NCBI GenBank assembly: GCA_018266775.1
Contig: JAFDZS010000003.1
Location: 1 to 64,000, forward strand
Direction: 5' to 3'
Length of the DNA stretch: 64,000 nucleotides
Origin: Bacteroidota bacterium
Lineage (GTDB): Bacteria > Bacteroidota > Bacteroidia > Chitinophagales > Chitinophagaceae
Both the position numbers and the translations under genes were made by a program. Below the pieces are notes generated by a model. The model was not told where the DNA came from, ran no database searches, and saw only the letters and a list, made by a program, of their open reading frames with translations. This document shows positions 19,632 to 28,167 of this stretch, one piece after another. How positions within the stretch are numbered: the first letter of the stretch is position 1; every line of letters starts with the position of its first letter.

Positions 19632-21200
19632 ATGAGAAGGTCATTGATACTTCTTGCTGTAGGCTGCCTGTGGTATGCTGCTGCCAGCGCACAAAACGAT
19701 GGCGACCTCGCCAAAATCAAAAATGAAGGTTTAAACAATTCAAAGGTCATGGACATTGCTTTTCACCTTACCGATGTGTCCGGGCCACGCCTCACCAATT
19801 CACCGGGCTATTTACGGGCAGCCAATTGGGCTAAAGATGAACTTACCCGTATGGGCCTTGTAAATGCTACGCTGGAACCCTGGGGCGATTTCGGTGTGGG
19901 CTGGGAACAAACCCGTTGTTATGTTGCCATGACAGCACCATACTACTGCCCCATCATTGCCATTCCCCGCGCATGGACTGGTGGTACACCCGGTAAAAAA
20001 ATGATCAGTGAAGATGTGGTGGTCATCAATGCGAAAGATTCTGCGGAGTTGTATCAAAATTATTCCGGGAAGATCAAAGGCAAAATTGTGATGTTGTATA
20101 TGCCTGACACGTTACGTCCTTCTTTTTCTCCAGATGGGCAACGTTATGCCGACAGTACACTTGAAAAAATGGCCAATGCCAAACCTGATGCACCCCGCGG
20201 CCCACGCAACTTTGGTGGCAACGGACAACGCCAGCGCATGAACCTGGCCCGCATGATGCCCGAATTTTTTACACAGGAAAAACCGGCATTGGTATTAAGC
20301 ATGGTGGCCCGTGGCAATAACGGCACCTTGTTTGTACAAAACGGCGGTTCTTACAATAAAGATGCGATGGATAAAAATAATTATGCCTGGGTAATGCTTT
20401 CCAGCGATGATTATTTACGTGTACAGCGCCTCGTTATGTCTGGTGAAAAAGTGACACTGGAAGCAGATGTAAAAACAAAATTTTATGATAACGATATTAA
20501 AGGATATAATGTAGTGGCAGAAATTCCCGGTACCGATCCTGTGCTGAAGAATGAAATAGTAATGCTCGGCGGTCACTTAGACAGCTGGCATGGTGCCACC
20601 GGCGCTACTGATAATGCAGCCGGCAGCGCTGTAATGATGGAAGTGGTACGCATACTGAAAGCCAGCGGACTGCAACCCAAACGTACCATCCGCATTGCTT
20701 TGTGGAGTGGTGAGGAAGAAGGTTTACTCGGTTCAAGGGCTTATGTAAAAAATCATTTTGCCGATCCTGCTGATATGGTTTTGAAACCGGAACATGAAAA
20801 AGTATCGGCCTATTATAATTTAGATAACGGCACCGGCCGCATCCGCGGTATTTATTTACAGGGCAATGAAGCTGCACGTGCCCTCTTCCAGCAATGGCTG
20901 GAGCCTTTTAAAGATATGGGTGCTTCCACTGTAACCAGCAGCAACACCGGTGGTACCGATCACTTATCTTTCGATGGCGTGGGCATTCCCGGTTTCCAGT
21001 TTATTCAGGATGTGATTGAGTATGACACCCGCACGCATCATACCAATATGGATACGTACGATCACCTGGTGCCTGCAGACTTAAAACAGGCGGCCACCAT
21101 TGTTGCTTCATTTGTGTACAACACCGCACAGCGTACAGAAAAAATTCCGCGTAAAGAATTACCTAAACCCCGTGGAGCTAATGGCGGCAGGGGTTTTTAA
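19632..21200 (+). CDS. M28-family peptidase with PA domain (secreted aminopeptidase-like)
   Basis: Signal peptide MRRSLILLAVGCLWYAAASAQ. M28 zinc-ligand region GGHLDSWHGATGATDNAAGSAVMMEVVRIL and EEEGLLGS. Confidence 0.85.
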   Translation: MRRSLILLAVGCLWYAAASAQNDGDLAKIKNEGLNNSKVMDIAFHLTDVSGPRLTNSPGYLRAANWAKDELTRMGLVNATLEPWGDFGVGWEQTRCYVAMTAPYYCPIIAIPRAWTGGTPGKKMISEDVVVINAKDSAELYQNYSGKIKGKIVMLYMPDTLRPSFSPDGQRYADSTLEKMANAKPDAPRGPRNFGGNGQRQRMNLARMMPEFFTQEKPALVLSMVARGNNGTLFVQNGGSYNKDAMDKNNYAWVMLSSDDYLRVQRLVMSGEKVTLEADVKTKFYDNDIKGYNVVAEIPGTDPVLKNEIVMLGGHLDSWHGATGATDNAAGSAVMMEVVRILKASGLQPKRTIRIALWSGEEEGLLGSRAYVKNHFADPADMVLKPEHEKVSAYYNLDNGTGRIRGIYLQGNEAARALFQQWLEPFKDMGASTVTSSNTGGTDHLSFDGVGIPGFQFIQDVIEYDTRTHHTNMDTYDHLVPADLKQAATIVASFVYNTAQRTEKIPRKELPKPRGANGGRGF

Positions 21201-21218
21201 AATATTTTTATTCCTATA

Positions 21219-21262
21219 GCCAAGCGGTGACTCACCCTTTAAGGGGTGAGTCACCGCTTGGC
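21219..21262 (+). terminator. Near-perfect 19-bp-stem hairpin downstream of the M28 peptidase gene
   Basis: GCCAAGCGGTGACTCACCC-tttaag-GGGTGAGTCACCGCTTGGC. There is no U-tract, so function as an intrinsic terminator is uncertain. It could also be a protein-binding palindrome. Confidence 0.4.
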
Positions 21263-21269
21263 TAATGAT

Positions 21270-21477
21270 ATCTTCTCAAGAAGTCAACCCTCCGCTGCAG
21301 CTGCAATCATTAGACGATTCAAATAGATTACGAAACAGCAGATAATAAGCATCTGCAAAAGGGTTGCCTTCTTTCAAGTACAAGTCCCAATATCTTCTTT
21401 TTGAAATCCATTATAAAAGAAGGCAACCTTACAGGTTGACTTCTTCGGAAGTGCTTTTATTTTACAGCAATAAAAAT
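21270..21477. repeat. 208-bp tandem repeat unit A carrying four GGTTG(A/C)CTTCTT 12-mers in alternating orientation
   Basis: AAGAAGTCAACC 21278-21289, GGTTGCCTTCTT 21362-21373, AAGAAGGCAACC 21417-21428, GGTTGACTTCTT 21434-21445. The last two form a tight palindrome. Confidence 0.6.
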
Positions 21478-21665
21478 ATTTCCTCAAGAAGTCAACCCTC
21501 CGCTGTAGCTGCAATCGTTAGACGATTCAAATAAATTACGAAGCAGCAGATAATAAGATTCTGCAAAAGGGTTGCCTTCTTTCAAGTACAGGTCTCAATA
21601 TTTTCTTTTTGAAATCTGTTGTAAAAAGAGGCAACCTTGCAGGTTGCCTCTTCTCAAAGGTGTGT
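21478..21665. repeat. 208-bp tandem repeat unit B (~90% identical to unit A)
   Basis: AAGAAGTCAACC 21486-21497, GGTTGCCTTCTT 21570-21581, AAAGAGGCAACC 21625-21636, GGTTGCCTCTTC 21642-21653. Period exactly 208 bp relative to unit A. Confidence 0.6.
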
Positions 21666-21685
21666 TAATATTTACCCGATAAAAT

Positions 21686-22759
21686 CTAAATCCGGTAACA
21701 CGCCGCATTAATATTCATCCCTGCACCTACTGAAGCAAACAATACAATATCACCCTCATTCAGCTCATGCACCGTCATATTTTTCTTTCTTACCAGGTCA
21801 AATAATGTAGGAATAGTGGCAACAGAACTGTTGCCCAAATAATGAATACACATGGGCATAATATTTTCAGGAACAGTTTTAATACCATACAACCTGTACA
21901 ATGCTTTAATAATTCCCTCATCCATTTTTTCGTTAGCCTGGTGAATAAACACTTTTTTTACCTGGTCAATGGAAACACCGGCTTTATCCAGGCAATCTTT
22001 CATAGCAGCGGGCACATACTTCATGGCATATTCATATACTTTTCTGCCTTTCATTTTAATGTAACGGATACGTGGGTCCGAATCGGGGAAATAAGATTTA
22101 CCCAAGTGCAGGTAATCCCATTCTTCAATACAATGCGATTGCACACTGCAGGCTAATATCCCGCTATCTGTACCTTCTTTCCCTTCAACAATACTGGCAC
22201 CTGCACCATCAGAAAAGATCATACTGTCACGGTCATAAATATCAATTACACGGGATAAAGTTTCAGTACCCACCACCAAACATTTTTTGGCCATACCGGC
22301 TTTAATAAAAGCATCGGCCTGTATTACGCCCTGCAACCAGCCGGGGCAGCCAAATAAAATATCATACGCCACGCAGTTGGGGTTGTGTATCTGCAAAGCA
22401 TGTTTTACACGGGAGGCCAGCGCAGGCAACACATCTGTCTGAATGGTATGTTTTAAAACGTTACCAAAATTGTGCGCTACAATCACCTGGTCTATCGTTT
22501 CAGGATCGCATTGCGCATCTTCAATGGCACGTTTGGCAGCAATGGCTGCCATATCGGATGCAGTTACATCAGCATCAGCATAACGGCGCTCTTCAATACC
22601 AGTGATCTGTTTAAACTTCTCCACCACTTCCAAAGGATCGGTATCAATCTTTTTACTGTCTTCGCCATAAAAATTCATAATGGCAAAATCCTTGTTGGTT
22701 TTTATAGTATCAGGAATAAAACTGCCCGTACCGGTGATCACTGAATGAATTGGTTGCAT
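21686..22759 (-). CDS. 3-oxoacyl-ACP synthase III family protein (long Bacteroidota FabH-like form)
   Basis: 357 aa. Thiolase-fold KAS-III signatures (CPGWLQG active-site Cys region, C-terminal HQANEKM ... GNSSVATIP with catalytic His/Asn). Confidence 0.8.
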   Translation of the reverse strand: MQPIHSVITGTGSFIPDTIKTNKDFAIMNFYGEDSKKIDTDPLEVVEKFKQITGIEERRYADADVTASDMAAIAAKRAIEDAQCDPETIDQVIVAHNFGNVLKHTIQTDVLPALASRVKHALQIHNPNCVAYDILFGCPGWLQGVIQADAFIKAGMAKKCLVVGTETLSRVIDIYDRDSMIFSDGAGASIVEGKEGTDSGILACSVQSHCIEEWDYLHLGKSYFPDSDPRIRYIKMKGRKVYEYAMKYVPAAMKDCLDKAGVSIDQVKKVFIHQANEKMDEGIIKALYRLYGIKTVPENIMPMCIHYLGNSSVATIPTLFDLVRKKNMTVHELNEGDIVLFASVGAGMNINAACYRI

Positions 22760-22893
22760 CTATTAATATTTAGTATATAAAGCAAGGTCCGTTTACAAAT
22801 AAAGGTATTATAATATCGGTTACGAAAAATAATAAAAATCAGGCCTCCGCCTGCCGCCCATCAGCACCGTTAGCATGGGTTATAAAATTGTAT

Positions 22894-22901
22894 TATGTTT
22901 G
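22894..22901 (+). promoter_or_regulatory. Putative -7 element TATGTTTG for the DUF5077/DUF3472-FKBP gene
   Basis: Matches the Bacteroidota TAnnTTTG consensus, 49 bp upstream of the ATG at 22951. Confidence 0.2.
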
Positions 22902-22950
22902 TTGCTGCTTTAACGGCATTTATTGTGAAACCATTTTACCTGCAAGATTT

Positions 22951-24645
22951 ATGAAAAAGATTTTTTCCTGCGCTGCATTTTTGTTTATACTTTCTGCACA
23001 TTTATCGCTTTATGCGCAAACAGTACAACATATTCCTGCTTATACGGCTTACGCTGTACCCGTGGAGGAAAGCAATGAAGATGATGAGAGCAACATATTT
23101 TCTCAGAAGGATGGAATACAGCACTGGTCCGATCCTGCACAGCAGATACAATTTTATTTTAATCTTCGCCAGGCAGGCCAATTAAACCTGGCATTAACCA
23201 TGAAGAACGAAGCAGCCGGAAACGTGCTTACAATAACTGCAGCAGGCAAATCGTTTACCGTAGCCGTACCAAAATCTAAAACATTTAAAACAATACCGGT
23301 TGGAACTGTTGCAATTAAAGAGCCCGGTTTTTACAGCGTATTCATCAATGCAAAAAACAAAAAAGGCACCAGCATTGCAGCTATCCAATCATTAGATGTT
23401 AGTGGTGCTGCCACGGTAAACATGCATTTCAATACCAAAACAAGAAGAAATGCGGCGTCAGTACATTTAATGTATCCGCTTGCAGACAGTGTTAAAGTGG
23501 TGGCATTTTATAACGAACTCACCATACCCGAACATGCCGATGCACTGCACAGTTATTATATGGCCTGCGGTTTTGCCCGTGGTTATTTTGGTATGCAGGT
23601 GAACAGCCCCACTGAAAGAAGAATTATTTTTTCTGTTTGGGATGCCGGTAATGAAGCCATTGACCGCAACAAAGTGAGTGATGAAAACAAAGTGCAACTG
23701 ATGGCGAAAGGACAAAATGTTTTTGCTGATGGTTTTGGCAATGAAGGCACCGGCGGCCACAGTCATTGGATCTATAACTGGAAAACCGGCACCACATATA
23801 AATTTTTAGTAACCGCTGTTACCGACAGTGCTGCTTCCACCACCAGCTATGCCGGTTATTTTTATATTCCTGAAGAGCAGCATTGGAAACTCATTGCCTG
23901 CTTTAAAGCCCCTAAAGATGGCAAGCCCTTGAGAAAATTATATTCATTTGTAGAAAATTTTTGGGGTGTGAACGGACAGTTATTGCGCAAAGCTTTTTAT
24001 GGTAACCAATGGGTGAGAACTGAGACCGGTGAATGGAAAGAACTTACACAAAGCACCTTCAGCTATGATGCCACAGGGCGTGCCGGCGACCGCATTGATT
24101 ATGGCGGCGGCGTAGAGAACAATCAGTTTTATTTATGGAATGGTGGATTCAAAACCACTACTACCAAATTCGGTGATGTTTACAACCGCCAGCCCAATAA
24201 CGCCAAACCACAAATTGATTTTTATAAAAATGCAGACAGTGCTGCTGAAATAAAAAAAGAACTGGCTGTTATTACTGATGCGATTGCCAATAAAACTATT
24301 ACAGTAACCGGCAGCAGCAACAATGTTTATTATACTATTTTGAAAGAAGGTGATGGCCCACAGGTGACTGTCAACGATACTTTGGTGGTAAACTACCGCG
24401 GCACATTATGGAACGGTGCTGAATTTGATGCCACTGCAGATAAGCCAGCCACTTTTCCTTTAAAACGGTTGATCAAAGGCTGGCAACTCGGCATGCCTTA
24501 TTGCAAACAGGGCGGTAAAATACGGTTGTATATCCCTTCACCGCTGGCATACAGCATCCGCAACCTGGGCGTAATTCCGCCCAACAGCATATTAATTTTT
24601 GATGTGGAAGTGCTGGAAATCAAGGCTGAAGGGCACAGTCAATAA
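22951..24645 (+). CDS. Secreted DUF5077/DUF3472-like domain protein fused to a C-terminal FKBP-type peptidyl-prolyl isomerase domain
   Basis: Signal peptide MKKIFSCAAFLFILSAHLSLYAQ. The C-terminal ~110 aa (VNYRGTLWNGAEFDATADKPATFPLKRLIKGWQLGMPYCKQGGKIRLYIPSPLAYSIRNLGVIPPNSILIFDVEVLEIKA) is a clear FKBP fold. I assign the N-terminal 420 aa to the DUF3472/DUF5077 families from memory (W/Y/G-rich motif region), so that assignment is uncertain. Start taken at the internal Met, not the ORF start at 22888. Confidence 0.7.
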   Translation: MKKIFSCAAFLFILSAHLSLYAQTVQHIPAYTAYAVPVEESNEDDESNIFSQKDGIQHWSDPAQQIQFYFNLRQAGQLNLALTMKNEAAGNVLTITAAGKSFTVAVPKSKTFKTIPVGTVAIKEPGFYSVFINAKNKKGTSIAAIQSLDVSGAATVNMHFNTKTRRNAASVHLMYPLADSVKVVAFYNELTIPEHADALHSYYMACGFARGYFGMQVNSPTERRIIFSVWDAGNEAIDRNKVSDENKVQLMAKGQNVFADGFGNEGTGGHSHWIYNWKTGTTYKFLVTAVTDSAASTTSYAGYFYIPEEQHWKLIACFKAPKDGKPLRKLYSFVENFWGVNGQLLRKAFYGNQWVRTETGEWKELTQSTFSYDATGRAGDRIDYGGGVENNQFYLWNGGFKTTTTKFGDVYNRQPNNAKPQIDFYKNADSAAEIKKELAVITDAIANKTITVTGSSNNVYYTILKEGDGPQVTVNDTLVVNYRGTLWNGAEFDATADKPATFPLKRLIKGWQLGMPYCKQGGKIRLYIPSPLAYSIRNLGVIPPNSILIFDVEVLEIKAEGHSQ

Positions 24646-24674
24646 ATAATATTAGCCCTTTCACTAATAAAGGC

Positions 24675-24682
24675 TATCTTTG
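24675..24682 (+). promoter_or_regulatory. Putative -7 element TATCTTTG for the cold-shock gene
   Basis: TAnnTTTG match 33 bp upstream of the ATG at 24715. Confidence 0.25.
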
Positions 24683-24714
24683 CGGCTTAATTTTATAATA
24701 CAATACAATTTACA

Positions 24715-24918
24715 ATGAACAAACAACAAGGTACCGTAAAGTTTTTCAACGCTGAAAAAGGGTACGGCTTTATCAAACACAACGATTCTTCCAAAGAAAC
24801 ATTTGTACACGTTAGCGGATTGAATGGCCAGCAGATTAAAGAAGGTGACAATGTTGCCTTTGATGTACAGGAAGGAAAAAAAGGAATGAATGCAGTTAAC
24901 GTGGAACTGATCGGTTAA
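24715..24918 (+). CDS. Cold-shock protein (CspA family)
   Basis: 67 aa. RNP1-like KGYGFI and a conserved cold-shock domain (GTVKFFNAEKGYGFIKHNDSSKETFVHVSGL). Confidence 0.9.
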   Translation: MNKQQGTVKFFNAEKGYGFIKHNDSSKETFVHVSGLNGQQIKEGDNVAFDVQEGKKGMNAVNVELIG

Positions 24919-24943
24919 TCACGTAAAACATAATTACCTTTCC

Positions 24944-24975
24944 GGGCCGCACAACAGTGCGGCTCTTGTTTTTTC
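24944..24975. terminator. Bidirectional terminator between csp (+) and the MFS transporter (-)
   Basis: Hairpin GGGCCGCAC-aacagt-GTGCGGCTC followed by TTGTTTTTTC. On the other strand an A/T-rich run follows the same stem. Confidence 0.55.
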
Positions 24976-24979
24976 AGTA

Positions 24980-26188
24980 TTAAGGCTTTTCTTTCAGGCT
25001 GTTGAATCCCAAACCCGCCAGTATACTGATGCCCCCCAATACCCACCACAAGGTAAAGTAACCAAAAGCATGAGCCATTTGTGTACCGCTTAAACTGCCA
25101 ATCACCTGCGCTGCACTCCACGTCATGGTATAAATAGCGGCATAACGGCCCCGGTTGGCCGCAGTGGTACGGGAAATATAATAACTGTTCATAAAGGGCA
25201 TACCTGTTATTTCGGCCACCGTAACCACCACCATTGCAATCGTTGCCAGTAATAAATAACTCGCAGATGGTATATTCAGAATGGCAAATGATGATGCCAG
25301 TAATATACAGCCGTACATCATCAGCCTAAGGTAAGGCCTTGTGCCTTCCAGCTTAAATACAATGATCATCTCAAACAATGCAATCAATATGCCGTTCATA
25401 GACATGATGAGACCAATCCTGTCTTCATTCAGGTGAAACCCTTCTTTAAAAAATAACGGCACGGTGGTGAATAACTGGAAGAAGCAGATAGAAAACAACA
25501 GCATGAAAAAGGTAAACCACATAAAGGTTTTATCCTGGAACGGGCCACGCACCGGTGTTGTTTCATCATGATTTTCATGCGTGAGCCTGTGCTGCTGCTC
25601 CAGTGTTACTTTAGGCAACACCAGCAACAAAACAAATGCCGCTGTGATATTGGTTAACCCATCTGCCCAAAACAATAAATGATAACTGATGCTGGATAAA
25701 AGACCAGCCAGCGCACTGCCCACGCCCCAACCCAGATTAATGGCCAGCCGTATCAGTGAAAAAGATTGTGTACGGTTTTGTGGTGTGCTGTAATGTGCAA
25801 TTGCACTCGAGTTGGCCGGGCGAAAGGATTCATTAATCATGCTGGTAAAAAACACACACAGCAGAATGGCATTGTAAGAATGCATTTGCCCCAGCACTAA
25901 AAACATTACACCGCCACCAAACAGCGCAATGAACTGCATGGTGTAAAACCCAATCTTATCACTCAGTTTACCACCAAACCATGCGCCCACCATAGAGCCA
26001 ACACCGTATGCAGCAACGGCAATACCACCCTGCCGTTCCGTATAGCCAAGATGGTGGCAATATAAAGTCATGAAGGGAAGTACCATCGTGCCGCAGCGGT
26101 TGATGAGCATCACTGCAGACAATAACCAGATGCGGCGGGTTAAACCGCTGTAAGCATTCCGGTACAAGTTAATGGTAGTAGTTATCAT
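24980..26188 (-). CDS. MFS transporter
   Basis: 402 aa, ~12 TM. MFS loop motif region (GKLSDKIGF). Confidence 0.8.
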   Translation of the reverse strand: MITTTINLYRNAYSGLTRRIWLLSAVMLINRCGTMVLPFMTLYCHHLGYTERQGGIAVAAYGVGSMVGAWFGGKLSDKIGFYTMQFIALFGGGVMFLVLGQMHSYNAILLCVFFTSMINESFRPANSSAIAHYSTPQNRTQSFSLIRLAINLGWGVGSALAGLLSSISYHLLFWADGLTNITAAFVLLLVLPKVTLEQQHRLTHENHDETTPVRGPFQDKTFMWFTFFMLLFSICFFQLFTTVPLFFKEGFHLNEDRIGLIMSMNGILIALFEMIIVFKLEGTRPYLRLMMYGCILLASSFAILNIPSASYLLLATIAMVVVTVAEITGMPFMNSYYISRTTAANRGRYAAIYTMTWSAAQVIGSLSGTQMAHAFGYFTLWWVLGGISILAGLGFNSLKEKP

Positions 26189-26253
26189 GGCTGCGCAAAT
26201 ATATTATTTTGTTTGCGTATGCAATGATTTAAGAAGCAGTACAATAATTTCAG

Positions 26254-26679
26254 TTACACCTCATCCACCCGCGGCATTGCTGCAAATGCCTGTTGAAAAC
26301 TTTCAGGCGGCACAGCCAGTTTACGCTTTTCTGTATCCATCCATGCGCCATCAACAGTTACCACAGCAGCCAGTGTATCACCATTCTTCCATATCTCATT
26401 TACAAAACTCCAGCGGGAATAATCGGCAGTGGCTTTTAATAATTTAACGTGTACTTCAATCTGGTCGCCAAATAATAATTCCCTTTTAAACACACATTCT
26501 TCCCTGAATAAAATGGGGCCGATGTGTTCCTGTTTGATCGTATCCATCGTTATGCCATGCTGTGCCAATATCACTAAACGGGCATTGGCACAGAAGTCAT
26601 AGTACTTACTGTGCAGCACATGAAAGTTGGGGTCAATGTCTGACCAGCGGATCTCTGCTTTAATTACAAATTGTTTCAT
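26254..26679 (-). CDS. Hotdog-fold acyl-CoA thioesterase (YbgC/4HBT-like)
   Basis: 141 aa. Pattern IRWSDIDPNFHVLHSKYYDFCANARL... typical of 4HBT-type thioesterases. Confidence 0.7.
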   Translation of the reverse strand: MKQFVIKAEIRWSDIDPNFHVLHSKYYDFCANARLVILAQHGITMDTIKQEHIGPILFREECVFKRELLFGDQIEVHVKLLKATADYSRWSFVNEIWKNGDTLAAVVTVDGAWMDTEKRKLAVPPESFQQAFAAMPRVDEV

Positions 26680-26697
26680 CTAAAAAAAATTATGGGG

Positions 26698-28119
26698 TTA
26701 TTTTTGATCAATGTAGTGCAATAACTGAACACCAATCTCATCATTGCTTACCGTGGTATTGGCTAAAATGATTACTGCATTTTTTGTTTCAGGATTTATT
26801 GCAAGAAAACTTTTGTAACCGCCTGTTTGCCCGCCATGAAACAACACATCTCCACTGCCCCAGTTTTGTATGAACCAGTTGAGCGCAATTTGCTGCTGGC
26901 CGGTATTGAATGTGGGCTGATGCGTTAATGTTATTGCGGCCTGTAAAGTTTTATCGCTGCACGCCGTTTGCAACGCAGCGTATTTCAGCATATCTGTTGC
27001 ATTGCTTCGTAAACATCCTGCGGCAGCCAGCGCTTTAAAATCCCATTGACTGTTCGGCAAAATGCTTTCGTTATAGCCCTGCACAAAAAACGAACTGTCT
27101 TTCTGTAATAAGAATTGCCTTGTATTGTTCATCCCTGCCTTACTGCAAATAAATGTGGTCACCATTTTTTCATAAGGCATTTGATAAATGGTTTCAAGAA
27201 TATGACCCAACAACCCAACACCCAGGTTGCAATATTCAAACTGTACACCGGGCTTCCGCAGCAGCTTTGCTGTTTTCAAATACGCATTCAGTTTGTCGTT
27301 ATCATAATCTTTATACGGATTAATTAAATCTGTTGCACCAAAATTACCAGGTAATGGTGGCAGGCCTGAGGTATGATTAGCCAGTTGAACAATCTTCAAT
27401 GTATCGTTTCCAAATTTCAGCAGTGGAACGTCTTTGGGTAAATATTTATTTACAGGGTCGCTCAGGTTGATTTTATGTTCTGTAACTGCTTTGGCAAGAA
27501 TGGTTGCCGTAAAAGTTTTGGTGACAGAACCAATCTCATATACACTTTCATTGGTGGGCAGTTTACCATTTCCCTTTTGCGTTTCTCCATAATTATAAAA
27601 ATAAGTTTTACCATCTTTAAGCAAACCAATACTCATGCCCACTGTTTTACTGGTAAACATAAACCGTTGCACGATACTGTCTACCTTTTTATCCATTGCC
27701 GTTGTTACAGCATTATCCGTTGCTGATTTTATTATCGGCCCGGTAATTTCTTTTTTGTAAGGTTGCAGTAAAAAAGTAAACAGTTTTCCTTTATCATCCA
27801 GGCTGATGTACAACGAAAATATGGCTGCATCAAATGAAGTTTTGTATTTGCTTACATTTTTATCAAACTTCTCAAATTCCACTCTTTTCATTTCGCCCAA
27901 AGGAAAAAGATTATTATTACATACGGCAATAAATGCCTCATGGCTCAACTGTTTTTGAAAAGCTTCGCCGGCAAGGCTGTATAAACTATCTGCCTGCTGT
28001 GCGTTGAAATAACGCACCACTTTATCTTTCATGGCATCGTTCTTTTCCTTTTGCCCATCTTGTGCAAACACACAACCGGCGGTAAGCAGGCAAATGAAAT
28101 TCAATATCATCTTTTTCAT
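26698..28119 (-). CDS. Serine hydrolase of the beta-lactamase/transpeptidase superfamily with an N-terminal accessory domain
   Basis: Signal peptide, a ~120-aa N-terminal domain, then S-x-x-K active site (YEIGSVTKTFTATILAKAV) and a class-C-like fold. Confidence 0.8.
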   Translation of the reverse strand: MKKMILNFICLLTAGCVFAQDGQKEKNDAMKDKVVRYFNAQQADSLYSLAGEAFQKQLSHEAFIAVCNNNLFPLGEMKRVEFEKFDKNVSKYKTSFDAAIFSLYISLDDKGKLFTFLLQPYKKEITGPIIKSATDNAVTTAMDKKVDSIVQRFMFTSKTVGMSIGLLKDGKTYFYNYGETQKGNGKLPTNESVYEIGSVTKTFTATILAKAVTEHKINLSDPVNKYLPKDVPLLKFGNDTLKIVQLANHTSGLPPLPGNFGATDLINPYKDYDNDKLNAYLKTAKLLRKPGVQFEYCNLGVGLLGHILETIYQMPYEKMVTTFICSKAGMNNTRQFLLQKDSSFFVQGYNESILPNSQWDFKALAAAGCLRSNATDMLKYAALQTACSDKTLQAAITLTHQPTFNTGQQQIALNWFIQNWGSGDVLFHGGQTGGYKSFLAINPETKNAVIILANTTVSNDEIGVQLLHYIDQK

Positions 28120-28130
28120 ACCATAAAATT

Positions 28131-28165
28131 AAGAAAGCCCTTCCGTGCAGGGGAAGGGCTTTGCA
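28131..28165 (-). terminator. Terminator of the flotillin gene
   Basis: AAAGCCCTTCC-gtgcag-GGGAAGGGCTTT hairpin immediately downstream (minus strand) of the 28168 stop. Confidence 0.5.
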
Positions 28166-28167
28166 GT

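Noticed and set aside
21265-21665. Considered a CRISPR array for the tandem repeats
   Set aside because: There are only two units, each 208 bp, with no short repeat/spacer alternation and no cas genes nearby. The geometry is incompatible with CRISPR.
22888-22950. Longer N-terminal extension (MYYVCCCFNGIYCETILPARF) of the DUF/FKBP gene
   Set aside because: The internal Met at 22951 begins a canonical signal peptide and has a TAnnTTTG box at the right distance upstream. The longer start would place the promoter inside the CDS.
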